The translations under genes and the position numbers were made by a program. Below, piece after piece: positions 17,068 through 25,494 of a stretch of 25,494 bases of DNA (positions are counted from its first letter, which is position 1; every line of letters starts with the position of its first letter). Below the pieces are notes generated by a model that saw nothing but the letters and a program-made list of their open reading frames with translations, ran no database searches and had not been told where the DNA came from. Origin of the DNA: a virus (taxonomy: Duplodnaviria; Heunggongvirae; Uroviricota; Caudoviricetes); the IMG/VR virus record IMGVR_UViG_3300045988_104440, positions 1 to 25,494 of that record, one strand, 5' to 3'.

Positions 17068-17565
17068 TTAAGCCGGTACGCCGCCAGCGGTACGCCAGAC
17101 GGTGACCAGTTTTTCCAGTGAATGCTCACGCTGACCGTAACCGGCACCCGGCAGGGACGCCCAGATATTGCGACAGCGTGAAATGGCGCGCTCAATGCGT
17201 CCCGCCCGGATGTCATCCAGTGCACCGCGTTCGCGGATCAACTGAATGGCAAGTCTGTCCTGTGACAACGGACTGAAATCCGGCAGGGCAAGCTGTTTGC
17301 GGTAATGCGGCCAGAACAGGTAAAGCTGCTGATAGCGACCGGAGGCCGTGGATTTTTCACCGCGACGGTTAAACACCTTCGCCGGTCGGCCATGTGCGAA
17401 CGGGTGGTCACTGTAGTCGGTGAAAATTTCCGGCTTCCCGTCCAGTCCGGTGACTATCACGTCATAGCCCCGGTTTTTCGTCAGCGGATGGTTTGCCGTC
17501 CCTTCGGACACGGCCAGCATGTCGAGAAAGGCGGCGATATTCTGATGCGTGTTAATAACCGGCAT
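17068..17565 (-). CDS. K: Endolysin K (165 aa)
   Basis: Position after holin Y with a 1-nt overlap; length equals P2 gpK. Confidence 0.8.
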   Translation of the reverse strand: MPVINTHQNIAAFLDMLAVSEGTANHPLTKNRGYDVIVTGLDGKPEIFTDYSDHPFAHGRPAKVFNRRGEKSTASGRYQQLYLFWPHYRKQLALPDFSPLSQDRLAIQLIRERGALDDIRAGRIERAISRCRNIWASLPGAGYGQREHSLEKLVTVWRTAGGVPA

Positions 17566-17846
17566 TACGGTTTCCCCCTGCCCTTAAAGCGGCGCTGAAT
17601 GGCAATCTCAATCACCTGATAACCGGCGATACCCAGCATGGAGCCGATACCGCACACCGCAGGCAGTGACAGGTCAGGAAACTGCACCAGAACAACACCG
17701 GCAACCATCGAGACAAAACCACCGAGCAACATGCGCCCGATAAACAGACGCGGGGTGATGGGTTCACCACCGGCAAGCACCTTGCCGACAACAATCAGCA
17801 CCCCAATCATGAAAAGCGACAGGACGCTTTTTTCTTCTGCTGTCAT
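17565..17846 (-). CDS. Y: Holin Y (93 aa)
   Basis: Small protein with hydrophobic helices and a basic C-terminus (RRFKGRGKP); length and position equal P2 gpY. Confidence 0.75.
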   Translation of the reverse strand: MTAEEKSVLSLFMIGVLIVVGKVLAGGEPITPRLFIGRMLLGGFVSMVAGVVLVQFPDLSLPAVCGIGSMLGIAGYQVIEIAIQRRFKGRGKP

Positions 17847-17849
17847 GCG

Positions 17850-18053
17850 TTACTCCCACAGATTGACAGTTTCAGCCACGGGCGCGGTCTGAACGTCGGG
17901 CAGTTCGACGGCGGTGCCGTGCGGCAGCACCGCGCCCAGTTCAGCCAGTCCCGGATTTGCGGCGAGCACGGTCTCAACCACGCCCTCAGTGCGCCCGTAA
18001 TACCGGACACAAATGGCGTCGAGCGTGTCGCCCTGTAGCGCAAAGGTCTTCAT
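17850..18053 (-). CDS. X: Tail protein X (67 aa)
   Basis: Internal Met of the 90-aa ORF gives a 67-aa product starting MKTFALQGDTLDAICVRYYG; position between L and Y as in P2. Confidence 0.7.
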   Translation of the reverse strand: MKTFALQGDTLDAICVRYYGRTEGVVETVLAANPGLAELGAVLPHGTAVELPDVQTAPVAETVNLWE

Positions 18054-18562
18054 CAGATTTGACTCACGATGCAGCGCGGCTTGTCCTGGATACGCGCCAC
18101 CGCCCAGCGCATATCCCGCCACAGCTCATCAATGGTGCTGTCAATGCTGTCAGCCTTCTTGTCGCCTTTCGCACTGGCATCCACGCCGCGATAACGCTCA
18201 TAAAGCGACGCGGTCGCCATCGCACACACGGCGCGCTCGTAGTAAAAAACTTTGATGCTTTCACCGTCGATATCGTCCGCCGGGACGTCCGCCAGACGCG
18301 TAAAACCGGCGGCAATTTTCTGTTCGCGGTACTCGTACAGCTCCGCATTCGTCTCCGCCATGCCTGACTTGATGGCCTCACGCAGACGGGCGGGGGCGAC
18401 GGTCTGCTCAAGGCGCATACGTTCCCGGACGCGCTTCGGGTCGATATCGGGAAAAAAGAACGTGTTTTTAATCACCGGCTCGTCGCCTGCCGGTTGCGGG
18501 ATGACCACCGTACCCTCACCGGATACAGGAGCCTCCTTTCGCGGAATAATCAGCGTCATCAT
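18053..18562 (-). CDS. L: Head completion protein L (169 aa)
   Basis: The 189-aa ORF trimmed to the Met starting MMTLIIPRKE gives 169 aa, equal to P2 gpL; position after M. Confidence 0.7.
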   Translation of the reverse strand: MMTLIIPRKEAPVSGEGTVVIPQPAGDEPVIKNTFFFPDIDPKRVRERMRLEQTVAPARLREAIKSGMAETNAELYEYREQKIAAGFTRLADVPADDIDGESIKVFYYERAVCAMATASLYERYRGVDASAKGDKKADSIDSTIDELWRDMRWAVARIQDKPRCIVSQI

Positions 18563-18660
18563 GACCACCTCTGAAAAGTCGGGCGGTGGACGCCGGTACA
18601 GTGTCAGGTGATTCACCCTCACTGACCGGCGTGCCGCCCTGGCGCGGGGCGCATTCGTTG

Positions 18661-19404
18661 TTAACTGGCTTTCTTTTTCGGGCGTCCACGTTTTGCCGAT
18701 GTCACGCTCCGGGTCTTACGCGGGGCACGGGTGGCCGCTTTGGGCTGCGGCTCCGGCTTCGGTTTCAGCTCCCGCTCCAGTCGTTCAATCTCTTTTTTGA
18801 CGCCTGCCTGACAGTCGAGCTGTGTCGCACGTTGCAGATGCGCCAGCGCACCTGCGGCATCACCAGCGTCACGCAGAAACAGACCGGTGATTTTGTGCAG
18901 CTTTGCGCGTACTTCATCAGGCATGTCAGCCGTGGCGGTCAGTTCAAGGGTCTCCGTCAGCAGGCGGGTATCCACAGACTCACCGGCAGCGTGAGCGCGC
19001 ATGGCCGCAAGCGCCACCTCCTCGGTGAACATGTACGGCGGGGTGCGGCGGTGTTTCCCCGGCATGGCCAGACCGTACTTCAGGGCATAACGGGCAATCT
19101 CCAGCGCACCGGCAATATCGCCGGTATCCAGACGCCACAGCATGACCGTCATCAGAATGTCATCCTGTGCACCTTTGCCCTGCTCCAGCACGCCGTTCAC
19201 CCACGGCAACCAGAACGGCAGCAGTTCGCGTTTTTTCGCGGCCTTCAGCTCTTTTGAATAAATCGCTTTCAGTGTGCGCTGGTCTGCGGCGAGCTTAACC
19301 AGCATCTGCTCATAGACAGTTGCATGTCGCAGCGGGGCGGCTTTCCGCTGCGCGGTCATCGCTGCCGAGACCCGCATCATGTGGCGCTGTGCGGGACTCG
19401 TCAT
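18661..19404 (-). CDS. M: Terminase small (endonuclease) subunit M (247 aa)
   Basis: Position after capsid gene N; length equals P2 gpM. Confidence 0.8.
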   Translation of the reverse strand: MTSPAQRHMMRVSAAMTAQRKAAPLRHATVYEQMLVKLAADQRTLKAIYSKELKAAKKRELLPFWLPWVNGVLEQGKGAQDDILMTVMLWRLDTGDIAGALEIARYALKYGLAMPGKHRRTPPYMFTEEVALAAMRAHAAGESVDTRLLTETLELTATADMPDEVRAKLHKITGLFLRDAGDAAGALAHLQRATQLDCQAGVKKEIERLERELKPKPEPQPKAATRAPRKTRSVTSAKRGRPKKKAS

Positions 19405-19407
19405 CGG

Positions 19408-20481
19408 TTACGCTCCCGGCTCTGCGGTCGCTTTAGCCGGTGTGGAGAAATCACCGACCTTAATTTTTTCCACCAGACAACCGGCGGCGTAGTCTTCCAC
19501 CACGTAATCAATGTTCATTGACTCGTAGTTCTCCACGCGGTCGAGTTTCGGGTTTTCCTCAATCACGCGGCGATGGCTGTCATCCATGTAGTAGATGGAC
19601 AGGTTTTCCAGCTTCGTGATGAGCATCGCATCCGCCGGGAAGTACGGGACGCGTACCGCTGGCAGGTTGCCGATGCGTTTCTGGCTGATGATGACGTCAG
19701 CGGCCAGCATCTCGCTGTTGTCCTGCTCCTTGTTAACGATGGGGAAATACTTGTCCGCCAGTAGCTGACGCCCCACAATCACCACAAGGTCAGGGTCTTC
19801 CTGATACCACGGCTCAATCAGGTTGTTGGTCGCATCCATCACCAGTGCATCGAGGCTGGCATAATCACCGCCCTTACCCACGCGGATGACCTCAGAGGTC
19901 GTGTGACCTTCCTCGTCAGTAACCTTGCTCATCACGCGCGCCGGGGCTTCATTGCGGTATTTCTGCAGCCAGCCGACCGCCACATCCTGCAGCATCGGGT
20001 GACTGCTGCGGTCAGAGGTTTCGGCACGCCTCACGCCGTTAAAACCGGCCATGATTAAATCAAGGGACTGGCGTTTGATAATGGCGTTACGGACACGGAG
20101 CTGGAAATCCTGATAACGCGCCCACAGGTCCAGCGTTTTGTAGCGGATATAAAAATCGAAGTTAATCTGGTCGCATTCGTACTTACTGGACGCCAGCTTC
20201 GAGAAGTCCTTCGGCTGACGTTCGGTGCCACCGGCGGTGTCGGTGGTGCTGGCGATGGAGCCGGTGACACCAATACCAATTTTTTCCCCTTTCATTTCGC
20301 TGACCGGCACAATGTTGATGCGGGTCAGAAAGTCAGAGGACTCCTGCATGGTGTTCATCAGGGTCTGGGTGACCGACGGTTCAACGGTGAATTTTTTCGA
20401 CACATCACCGGCGTCGATGCCGTTCAGTTCGGCAACACGGGACAGGTAGGCATTAAATTTAAAGCGGGTTTCCTGGCGCAT
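19408..20481 (-). CDS. N: Major capsid protein N (357 aa)
   Basis: Position after scaffold gene O; length equals P2 gpN. Confidence 0.85.
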   Translation of the reverse strand: MRQETRFKFNAYLSRVAELNGIDAGDVSKKFTVEPSVTQTLMNTMQESSDFLTRINIVPVSEMKGEKIGIGVTGSIASTTDTAGGTERQPKDFSKLASSKYECDQINFDFYIRYKTLDLWARYQDFQLRVRNAIIKRQSLDLIMAGFNGVRRAETSDRSSHPMLQDVAVGWLQKYRNEAPARVMSKVTDEEGHTTSEVIRVGKGGDYASLDALVMDATNNLIEPWYQEDPDLVVIVGRQLLADKYFPIVNKEQDNSEMLAADVIISQKRIGNLPAVRVPYFPADAMLITKLENLSIYYMDDSHRRVIEENPKLDRVENYESMNIDYVVEDYAAGCLVEKIKVGDFSTPAKATAEPGA

Positions 20482-20539
20482 AGTTTTTCCTGAAATTAAG
20501 GGTTAATCGTGAAGGTTTTCCCGGACTGACTGACGCCGG

Positions 20540-21394
20540 TCAGCAGTTCGTCATCAGGGCGTCACCGCCACCACCGGTGGCCTTGCTGCGGCGCTGCTGG
20601 GTCAGACTTTCGGTGTGGTCGAGACTGTTTTTCAGGCGGGTGAATGCCTGGCTGGTTTCATCCGCCCTGTCAGTCACCTCCTGCTTAAGAGCGGAAAAGG
20701 CAGTTTCCATCTCAGCGAGGCGCTGCTCAGTGGCGCTCAGTTTTTCCTGCACATGTTCAGCAACAGCGGTCACCGCTTCATGCACGTCATTCAGACGGGC
20801 GTCATCGCTGGCCTGTTTGCGGCCAAAAATGGATTTCACCTTTTCGGTCAGGGCGGTGAACACGGTTTCAGGCAGGTCTTCAAATTCCAGCTCAACAGGC
20901 GTTGCCACTGAAATCAGGTTTTCAGGGCTTAATTTGAAGCGGTTCAGGGGGTTGTGTTTTGCCGTGCGGCAGAATTCCAGGTATTCCGTGCCGAGGCTTG
21001 CCGGGTCATCGGTGACGGCCAGCCCCACCAGATAACATTTGCCGGTGTTGGCAAAGTTCGGCTGAATTTCCATTGAGGTGTAGACCTTCTGCGCGGCCTT
21101 GTTCATCGCGATAAGGTCATCGGTCGGGGTGATTTTCGCAAACAGCGCCCATTTGCCTTTCAGCGCCGAATCATCGTCAATCTTTTCGGCCTTCAGTTCG
21201 GCCACATCGCCATAACGCTTAAAAATACCGTCAGGCAGGATGCCGCGCAGATGTTCCAGGTTAATGCGGCAACCATAGACTCGCGGGTCAAAGGTTTCGG
21301 CCATATCCTGAATATCCTGCGCACTGATGACACGCCCGTCACAGGTGTCACCCTCAACGCCGATACGAAAGAATTTTGAGACTTTTTTTGCCAT
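20540..21394 (-). CDS. O: Capsid scaffolding protein O (284 aa)
   Basis: The 306-aa ORF trimmed to the Met starting MAKKVSKFF gives 284 aa, equal to P2 gpO. Divergent from P. Confidence 0.8.
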   Translation of the reverse strand: MAKKVSKFFRIGVEGDTCDGRVISAQDIQDMAETFDPRVYGCRINLEHLRGILPDGIFKRYGDVAELKAEKIDDDSALKGKWALFAKITPTDDLIAMNKAAQKVYTSMEIQPNFANTGKCYLVGLAVTDDPASLGTEYLEFCRTAKHNPLNRFKLSPENLISVATPVELEFEDLPETVFTALTEKVKSIFGRKQASDDARLNDVHEAVTAVAEHVQEKLSATEQRLAEMETAFSALKQEVTDRADETSQAFTRLKNSLDHTESLTQQRRSKATGGGGDALMTNC

Positions 21395-21567
21395 TGTCAG
21401 GAGTCCTGAATAGTGATTAGAGGAGTCACATGTCGGCATCAGTTTCCCGACGATGCGCATCTTCCGCCATCAGTCCCGGATGGCTTATCACTGACACAAC
21501 AGCACCTTAGCGAATCGCGGGGCGCGACTCAGTAGCCTTGCCGTGTATTCATCACGGCGAGGTATTC

Positions 21568-23340
21568 ATGACCATCACCACAGACACCACTCTTTTGCAC
21601 GACCCGCGTCGTCAGGCGGCGCTGCTGTACTGGCAGGGGTTTTCCGTGCCGCAGATTGCCGCCATGTTGCAGATGAAACGCCCGACGGTGCAGAGCTGGA
21701 AACAGCGCGACGGCTGGGACAGCGTTGCCCCCATCAGCCGTGTCGAAATGAGTCTGGAAGCGCGGCTGACCCAGCTCATTATCAAACCGCAGAAAACCGG
21801 CGGTGACTTCAAGGAAATTGACCTGCTCGGACGCCAGATTGAACGACTGGCACGGGTAAACCGCTACAGCCAGACCGGCAACGAGGCAGACCTTAATCCG
21901 AACGTCGCTAACCGCAACAAAGGCGGGCGTCGCAAACCGAAAAAGAATTTTTTCAGCGACGAGGCTATCGAAAAGCTGGAGCAGATTTTCTTTGAGCAGT
22001 CTTTCGACTATCAGTTGCACTGGTATCGCGCCGGGCTTGAGCACCGCATCCGCGATATCCTGAAATCCCGCCAGATTGGCGCGACGTTTTATTTTTCCCG
22101 CGAGGCGCTGCTGCGCGCCCTGAAAACAGGTCATAACCAGATTTTTCTGTCGGCCAGTAAAACGCAGGCGTATGTGTTCCGCGAATACATCATCGCCTTT
22201 GCCCGTCTGGTTGACGTTGACCTGACCGGTGACCCGATTGTCCTGGGCAATAACGGCGCAAAACTGATTTTTCTCGGCACCAACTCCAACACCGCGCAGA
22301 GCCATAACGGCGACCTGTACGTCGACGAGATTTTCTGGATCCCGAATTTTCAGGTGCTGCGTAAGGTGGCATCAGGTATGGCCTCACAGAGTCACCTGCG
22401 ATCGACCTATTTCTCCACCCCGTCCACGCTGGCGCACGACGCCTACCCGTTCTGGTCGGGTGAACTGTTCAACCGGGGACGCGCCAGCGCCGCCGAACGC
22501 GTGGAAATCGACGTCAGTCATAACGCCCTTGCCGGTGGGCTTCTCTGTGCGGACGGCCAGTGGCGGCAGATTGTCACCATTGAGGACGCCCTGAAAGGCG
22601 GCTGCACGCTGTTCGACATTGAGCAGCTCAAACGCGAAAACAGCGCCGACGATTTTAAAAACCTGTTCATGTGTGAATTTGTTGACGACAAGGCATCGGT
22701 GTTCCCGTTCGAGGAGCTGCAACGCTGCATGGTCGACACGCTGGAAGAATGGGAAGACTATGCCCCCTTTGCCGCCAATCCGTTCGGCTCCCGCCCGGTA
22801 TGGATTGGTTACGACCCGTCACACCGTGGCGACAGCGCCGGATGCGTGGTGCTGGCACCGCCGGTGGTGGCCGGTGGCAAATTCAGGATCCTTGAGCGTC
22901 ACCAGTGGAAAGGTATGGACTTTGCCACTCAGGCGGAATCCATCCGCAAACTCACTGAAAAATACAACGTCGAATACATCGGTATTGATGCCACCGGCCT
23001 CGGTGTCGGCGTGTTCCAGCTCGTGCGCTCGTTCTATCCCGCCGCGCGCGATATCCGCTACACGCCGGAAATGAAAACCGCAATGGTGCTCAAGGCAAAA
23101 GACGTTATCCGCCGTGGCTGTCTGGAATATGACGTCAGCGCCACCGACATCACCAGCTCGTTTATGGCTATCCGCAAGACCATGACCAGCAGCGGACGCA
23201 GCGCCACCTATGAGGCCAGCCGCAGCGAGGAAGCCAGCCACGCCGACCTCGCCTGGGCGACCATGCACGCCCTGTTAAATGAGCCACTCACCGCCGGTAT
23301 CAGCACTCCGCTGACATCCACCATTCTGGAGTTTTACTGA
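21568..23340 (+). CDS. P: Terminase large (ATPase) subunit P (590 aa)
   Basis: The 600-aa ORF trimmed to the Met starting MTITTDTT, which has GAGG 5 nt upstream, gives 590 aa, equal to P2 gpP. Divergent from O and followed by Q. Confidence 0.85.
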   Translation: MTITTDTTLLHDPRRQAALLYWQGFSVPQIAAMLQMKRPTVQSWKQRDGWDSVAPISRVEMSLEARLTQLIIKPQKTGGDFKEIDLLGRQIERLARVNRYSQTGNEADLNPNVANRNKGGRRKPKKNFFSDEAIEKLEQIFFEQSFDYQLHWYRAGLEHRIRDILKSRQIGATFYFSREALLRALKTGHNQIFLSASKTQAYVFREYIIAFARLVDVDLTGDPIVLGNNGAKLIFLGTNSNTAQSHNGDLYVDEIFWIPNFQVLRKVASGMASQSHLRSTYFSTPSTLAHDAYPFWSGELFNRGRASAAERVEIDVSHNALAGGLLCADGQWRQIVTIEDALKGGCTLFDIEQLKRENSADDFKNLFMCEFVDDKASVFPFEELQRCMVDTLEEWEDYAPFAANPFGSRPVWIGYDPSHRGDSAGCVVLAPPVVAGGKFRILERHQWKGMDFATQAESIRKLTEKYNVEYIGIDATGLGVGVFQLVRSFYPAARDIRYTPEMKTAMVLKAKDVIRRGCLEYDVSATDITSSFMAIRKTMTSSGRSATYEASRSEEASHADLAWATMHALLNEPLTAGISTPLTSTILEFY

Positions 23341-24374
23341 TGAGCAAGAAAAAAGGGAAAACACCGCGACCAGCGGCAAAAACAATGACCGCCAGCGCCC
23401 CGAAAATGGAGGCATTCACCTTTGGTGAGCCGGTGCCGGTACTCGATCGCCGTGACATTCTGGATTACGTCGAGTGCATCAGTAACGGCAGATGGTATGA
23501 GCCACCGGTCAGCTTTACCGGTCTGGCAAAAAGCCTGCGTGCTGCCGTGCATCACAGCTCCCCGATTTACGTCAAACGTAATATTCTGGCCTCGACATTT
23601 ATCCCGCATCCGTGGCTTTCCCAGCAGGATTTCAGCCGCTTTGTGCTGGATTTTCTGGTGTTCGGTAATGCGTTTCTGGAAAAGCGTTACAGCACCACCG
23701 GTAAGGTCATCAGACTGGAAACCTCACCGGCAAAATATACCCGCCGTGGTGTGGAAGAAGATATTTACTGGTGGGTGCCGTCCTTCAACGAGCCAACACC
23801 TTTCACGCCCGGCTCCGTGTTTCACCTGCTGGAGCCGGATATCAATCAGGAGCTGTACGGCCTGCCGGAATATCTCAGCGCCCTTAACTCTGCCTGGCTG
23901 AATGAATCAGCCACGCTGTTCCGCCGCAAGTATTACGAAAACGGCGCACATGCCGGATACATCATGTACGTCACCGATGCCGTGCAGGATCGCAACGATA
24001 TCGAAATGCTCCGCGAAAACATGGTGAAGTCGAAAGGCCGCAACAACTTTAAAAACCTGTTTCTCTATGCCCCACAGGGGAAAGCCGACGGCATTAAAAT
24101 TATCCCGCTCAGTGAAGTGGCAACGAAGGACGATTTTTTTAATATCAAAAAAGCCAGCGCCGCTGACCTGCTGGACGCGCACCGCATCCCCTTTCAGTTG
24201 ATGGGCGGCAAGCCGGAGAACGTCGGGTCGCTGGGCGATATTGAGAAAGTGGCAAAGGTCTTTGTCCGCAATGAGCTTATCCCGCTACAGGACAGGATCC
24301 GCGAGATAAACGGCTGGCTCGGCCAGGAAGTCATCCGCTTTAAAAACTACTCACTGGACACTGACAACGGCTGA
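23340..24374 (+). CDS. Q: Portal protein Q (344 aa)
   Basis: Its start overlaps the P stop (TGATG); length equals P2 gpQ. It is the last gene before cos. Confidence 0.85.
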   Translation: MSKKKGKTPRPAAKTMTASAPKMEAFTFGEPVPVLDRRDILDYVECISNGRWYEPPVSFTGLAKSLRAAVHHSSPIYVKRNILASTFIPHPWLSQQDFSRFVLDFLVFGNAFLEKRYSTTGKVIRLETSPAKYTRRGVEEDIYWWVPSFNEPTPFTPGSVFHLLEPDINQELYGLPEYLSALNSAWLNESATLFRRKYYENGAHAGYIMYVTDAVQDRNDIEMLRENMVKSKGRNNFKNLFLYAPQGKADGIKIIPLSEVATKDDFFNIKKASAADLLDAHRIPFQLMGGKPENVGSLGDIEKVAKVFVRNELIPLQDRIREINGWLGQEVIRFKNYSLDTDNG

Positions 24375-24378
24375 ACAT

Positions 24379-24401
24379 CGCCGCCTGCGGGCGGCTTTTT
24401 T
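24379..24401 (+). terminator. Rho-independent terminator after Q
   Basis: Hairpin GCCGCC-tgcgg-GGCGGC (24379..24395) followed by TTTTTT (24396..24401), 5 nt after the Q stop codon. Confidence 0.65.
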
Positions 24402-24544
24402 ACACCCCGTCATCACGCCCTCATACGCTCACCACCGCACAAAACACACCGCAGACACACCAACGGCCCCGGCGAACAATTTAAACGCCATCACGACGCG
24501 CTCAGACGCTGAAAAAATAAAATCAGCACCACCGCCAGCGCGCA

Positions 24545-24563
24545 GTGCTTTCCCCGCCTCGCC
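24545..24563. other. cos: cos cohesive-end sequence (19 nt), P2 type
   Basis: 24545..24563 is GTGCTTTCCCCGCCTCGCC, the reverse complement of GGCGAGGCGGGGAAAGCAC, which is the P2 cohesive end as I recall it. It sits about 170 bp beyond Q, as expected. Confidence 0.6.
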
Positions 24564-24893
24564 CGCCCGCTTCATGGGGCGGTTTTAATGCAGTTGCATG
24601 AGTACGTTGAATCCTCGCTAGCTGTGACGTAAAGCAATGAGGACGCATAACTTTGACACATGCAAAACCATGCACCTGATACATTCATAGTTATTACTTT
24701 GTAAAAACATAAAAAAAGGAAATCCCATGAACAAAAATCAAACTATTAATAAAAATTTTTATATCTCTTAGAACAAAAGATTTTGCTTGAACAAAGTAAA
24801 CTTCTGAGGTAGATCTTTATCGTTTAGCAAAATAATTCATGTTAAACAGCTTAAATATTTATACCATATCATTGGCAGTGATGAGGTTTTAAA

Positions 24894-25494
24894 ATGGAAC
24901 TTAAATTAAAGGATATAACCAGCTATAAGAAAGATAGCTTCACAACTCTTAATCTCTCAAAAAAAATCAATATACTTTATGGTCACAACGGTTGTGGAAA
25001 ATCAACCATATCTAATTATTTCTATAATCCAAATAACACGGACTACAAAGAATGCGAATGTCCTTTCATAGATACTTTTCGCCTATTGGTTTATAATACT
25101 AAGTTTATTGAGGATAATTTTTATAATGCAAAAGAGCAAAAAGGAGTATTCACTTTAAGTAAGGAAAATGCTGACATTGAAAAAGAATTATTGGAAAAAG
25201 AAGCTATAAGACAAGACCTACTTACAAAATACAAAGATAAAAAAAACGTTATTGAGCGTTTAATTAACGATAAAAACAATAAAGAAAATGAATATATTGA
25301 TTTAATATGGAATAAAGCAGAACCTTTTAGATCATCTGACTTAAAGAACTTGATGAAAGGTCAGTTAGGAAGCAAGAGATCATTTTATGAGCAAGTTAAA
25401 AAAGCCCCTCAAACCACTGACGTTAACATCGAGTCACTTGCTCAAGAATATAGTATTCTTTTAAAGAATAAAGATAAATTCACTGCAGATCGGA
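24894..25494 (+). CDS. P-loop ATPase (ABC/SMC-like), 5' part only; runs off the window
   Basis: ATG at 24894 with GAGG 6 nt upstream and an open frame to the window edge (200 codons). Walker A motif GHNGCGKST (24981..25007) is followed by a long charged, coiled-coil-like region. AT-rich. This ORF is not in the supplied track because it has no stop inside the window. Confidence 0.55.
   Translation, partial: MELKLKDITSYKKDSFTTLNLSKKINILYGHNGCGKSTISNYFYNPNNTDYKECECPFIDTFRLLVYNTKFIEDNFYNAKEQKGVFTLSKENADIEKELLEKEAIRQDLLTKYKDKKNVIERLINDKNNKENEYIDLIWNKAEPFRSSDLKNLMKGQLGSKRSFYEQVKKAPQTTDVNIESLAQEYSILLKNKDKFTADR

Noticed and set aside
24727-24771. 14-codon mini-ORF (MNKNQTINKNFYIS) with an AGGA ribosome-binding site upstream of the ATPase gene
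   Set aside because: It could be a leader peptide, but short ORFs with SD-like sequences arise readily by chance in AT-rich DNA, and there is no supporting conservation.
1-25494. Integrase, transposase or other mobility gene inside the cargo loci
   Set aside because: No ORF in either accessory region shows recombinase-like features. The cargo appears to have been acquired by module exchange at the hotspot, not carried by an embedded mobile element.

Overview
The window is almost entirely the late-gene half of a P2-like (Peduovirus-type) temperate phage, most likely an integrated prophage of an enterobacterium. It is read here in reverse orientation relative to the usual P2 map. From left to right: a 27-bp P2-type att core (28..54), then on the minus strand ogr, D, U, T, E/E+E' (with a programmed -1 frameshift), FII, FI, a cargo interval, G, H, I, J, W, V, S, R, lysC/lysB/lysA, K, Y, X, L, M, N, O; then P and Q on the plus strand; then the 19-nt cos sequence (24545..24563); then an AT-rich region with the start of an ATPase gene running off the window. 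Gene order, orientation and predicted protein lengths match P2 closely, but all identifications rest on synteny, motifs and my memory of P2, not on a database search. Two AT-rich accessory loci interrupt the conserved backbone at the two positions where P2-like phages are known to carry variable, often anti-phage, cargo. The first is a two-gene, translationally coupled plus-strand operon (7169..9491) between FI and G (the Z/fun position). It encodes a protein with a ParB/DndB-like QR...DGMQR motif and a 364-aa partner I cannot assign to any family; this is the best candidate for an undescribed system. The second is a Walker-A ATPase (24894..>25494) just past cos (the tin/old position). The tail fibre gene H carries 132-bp in-frame tandem repeats and an AT-rich distal half together with G, suggesting a swapped receptor-binding module.
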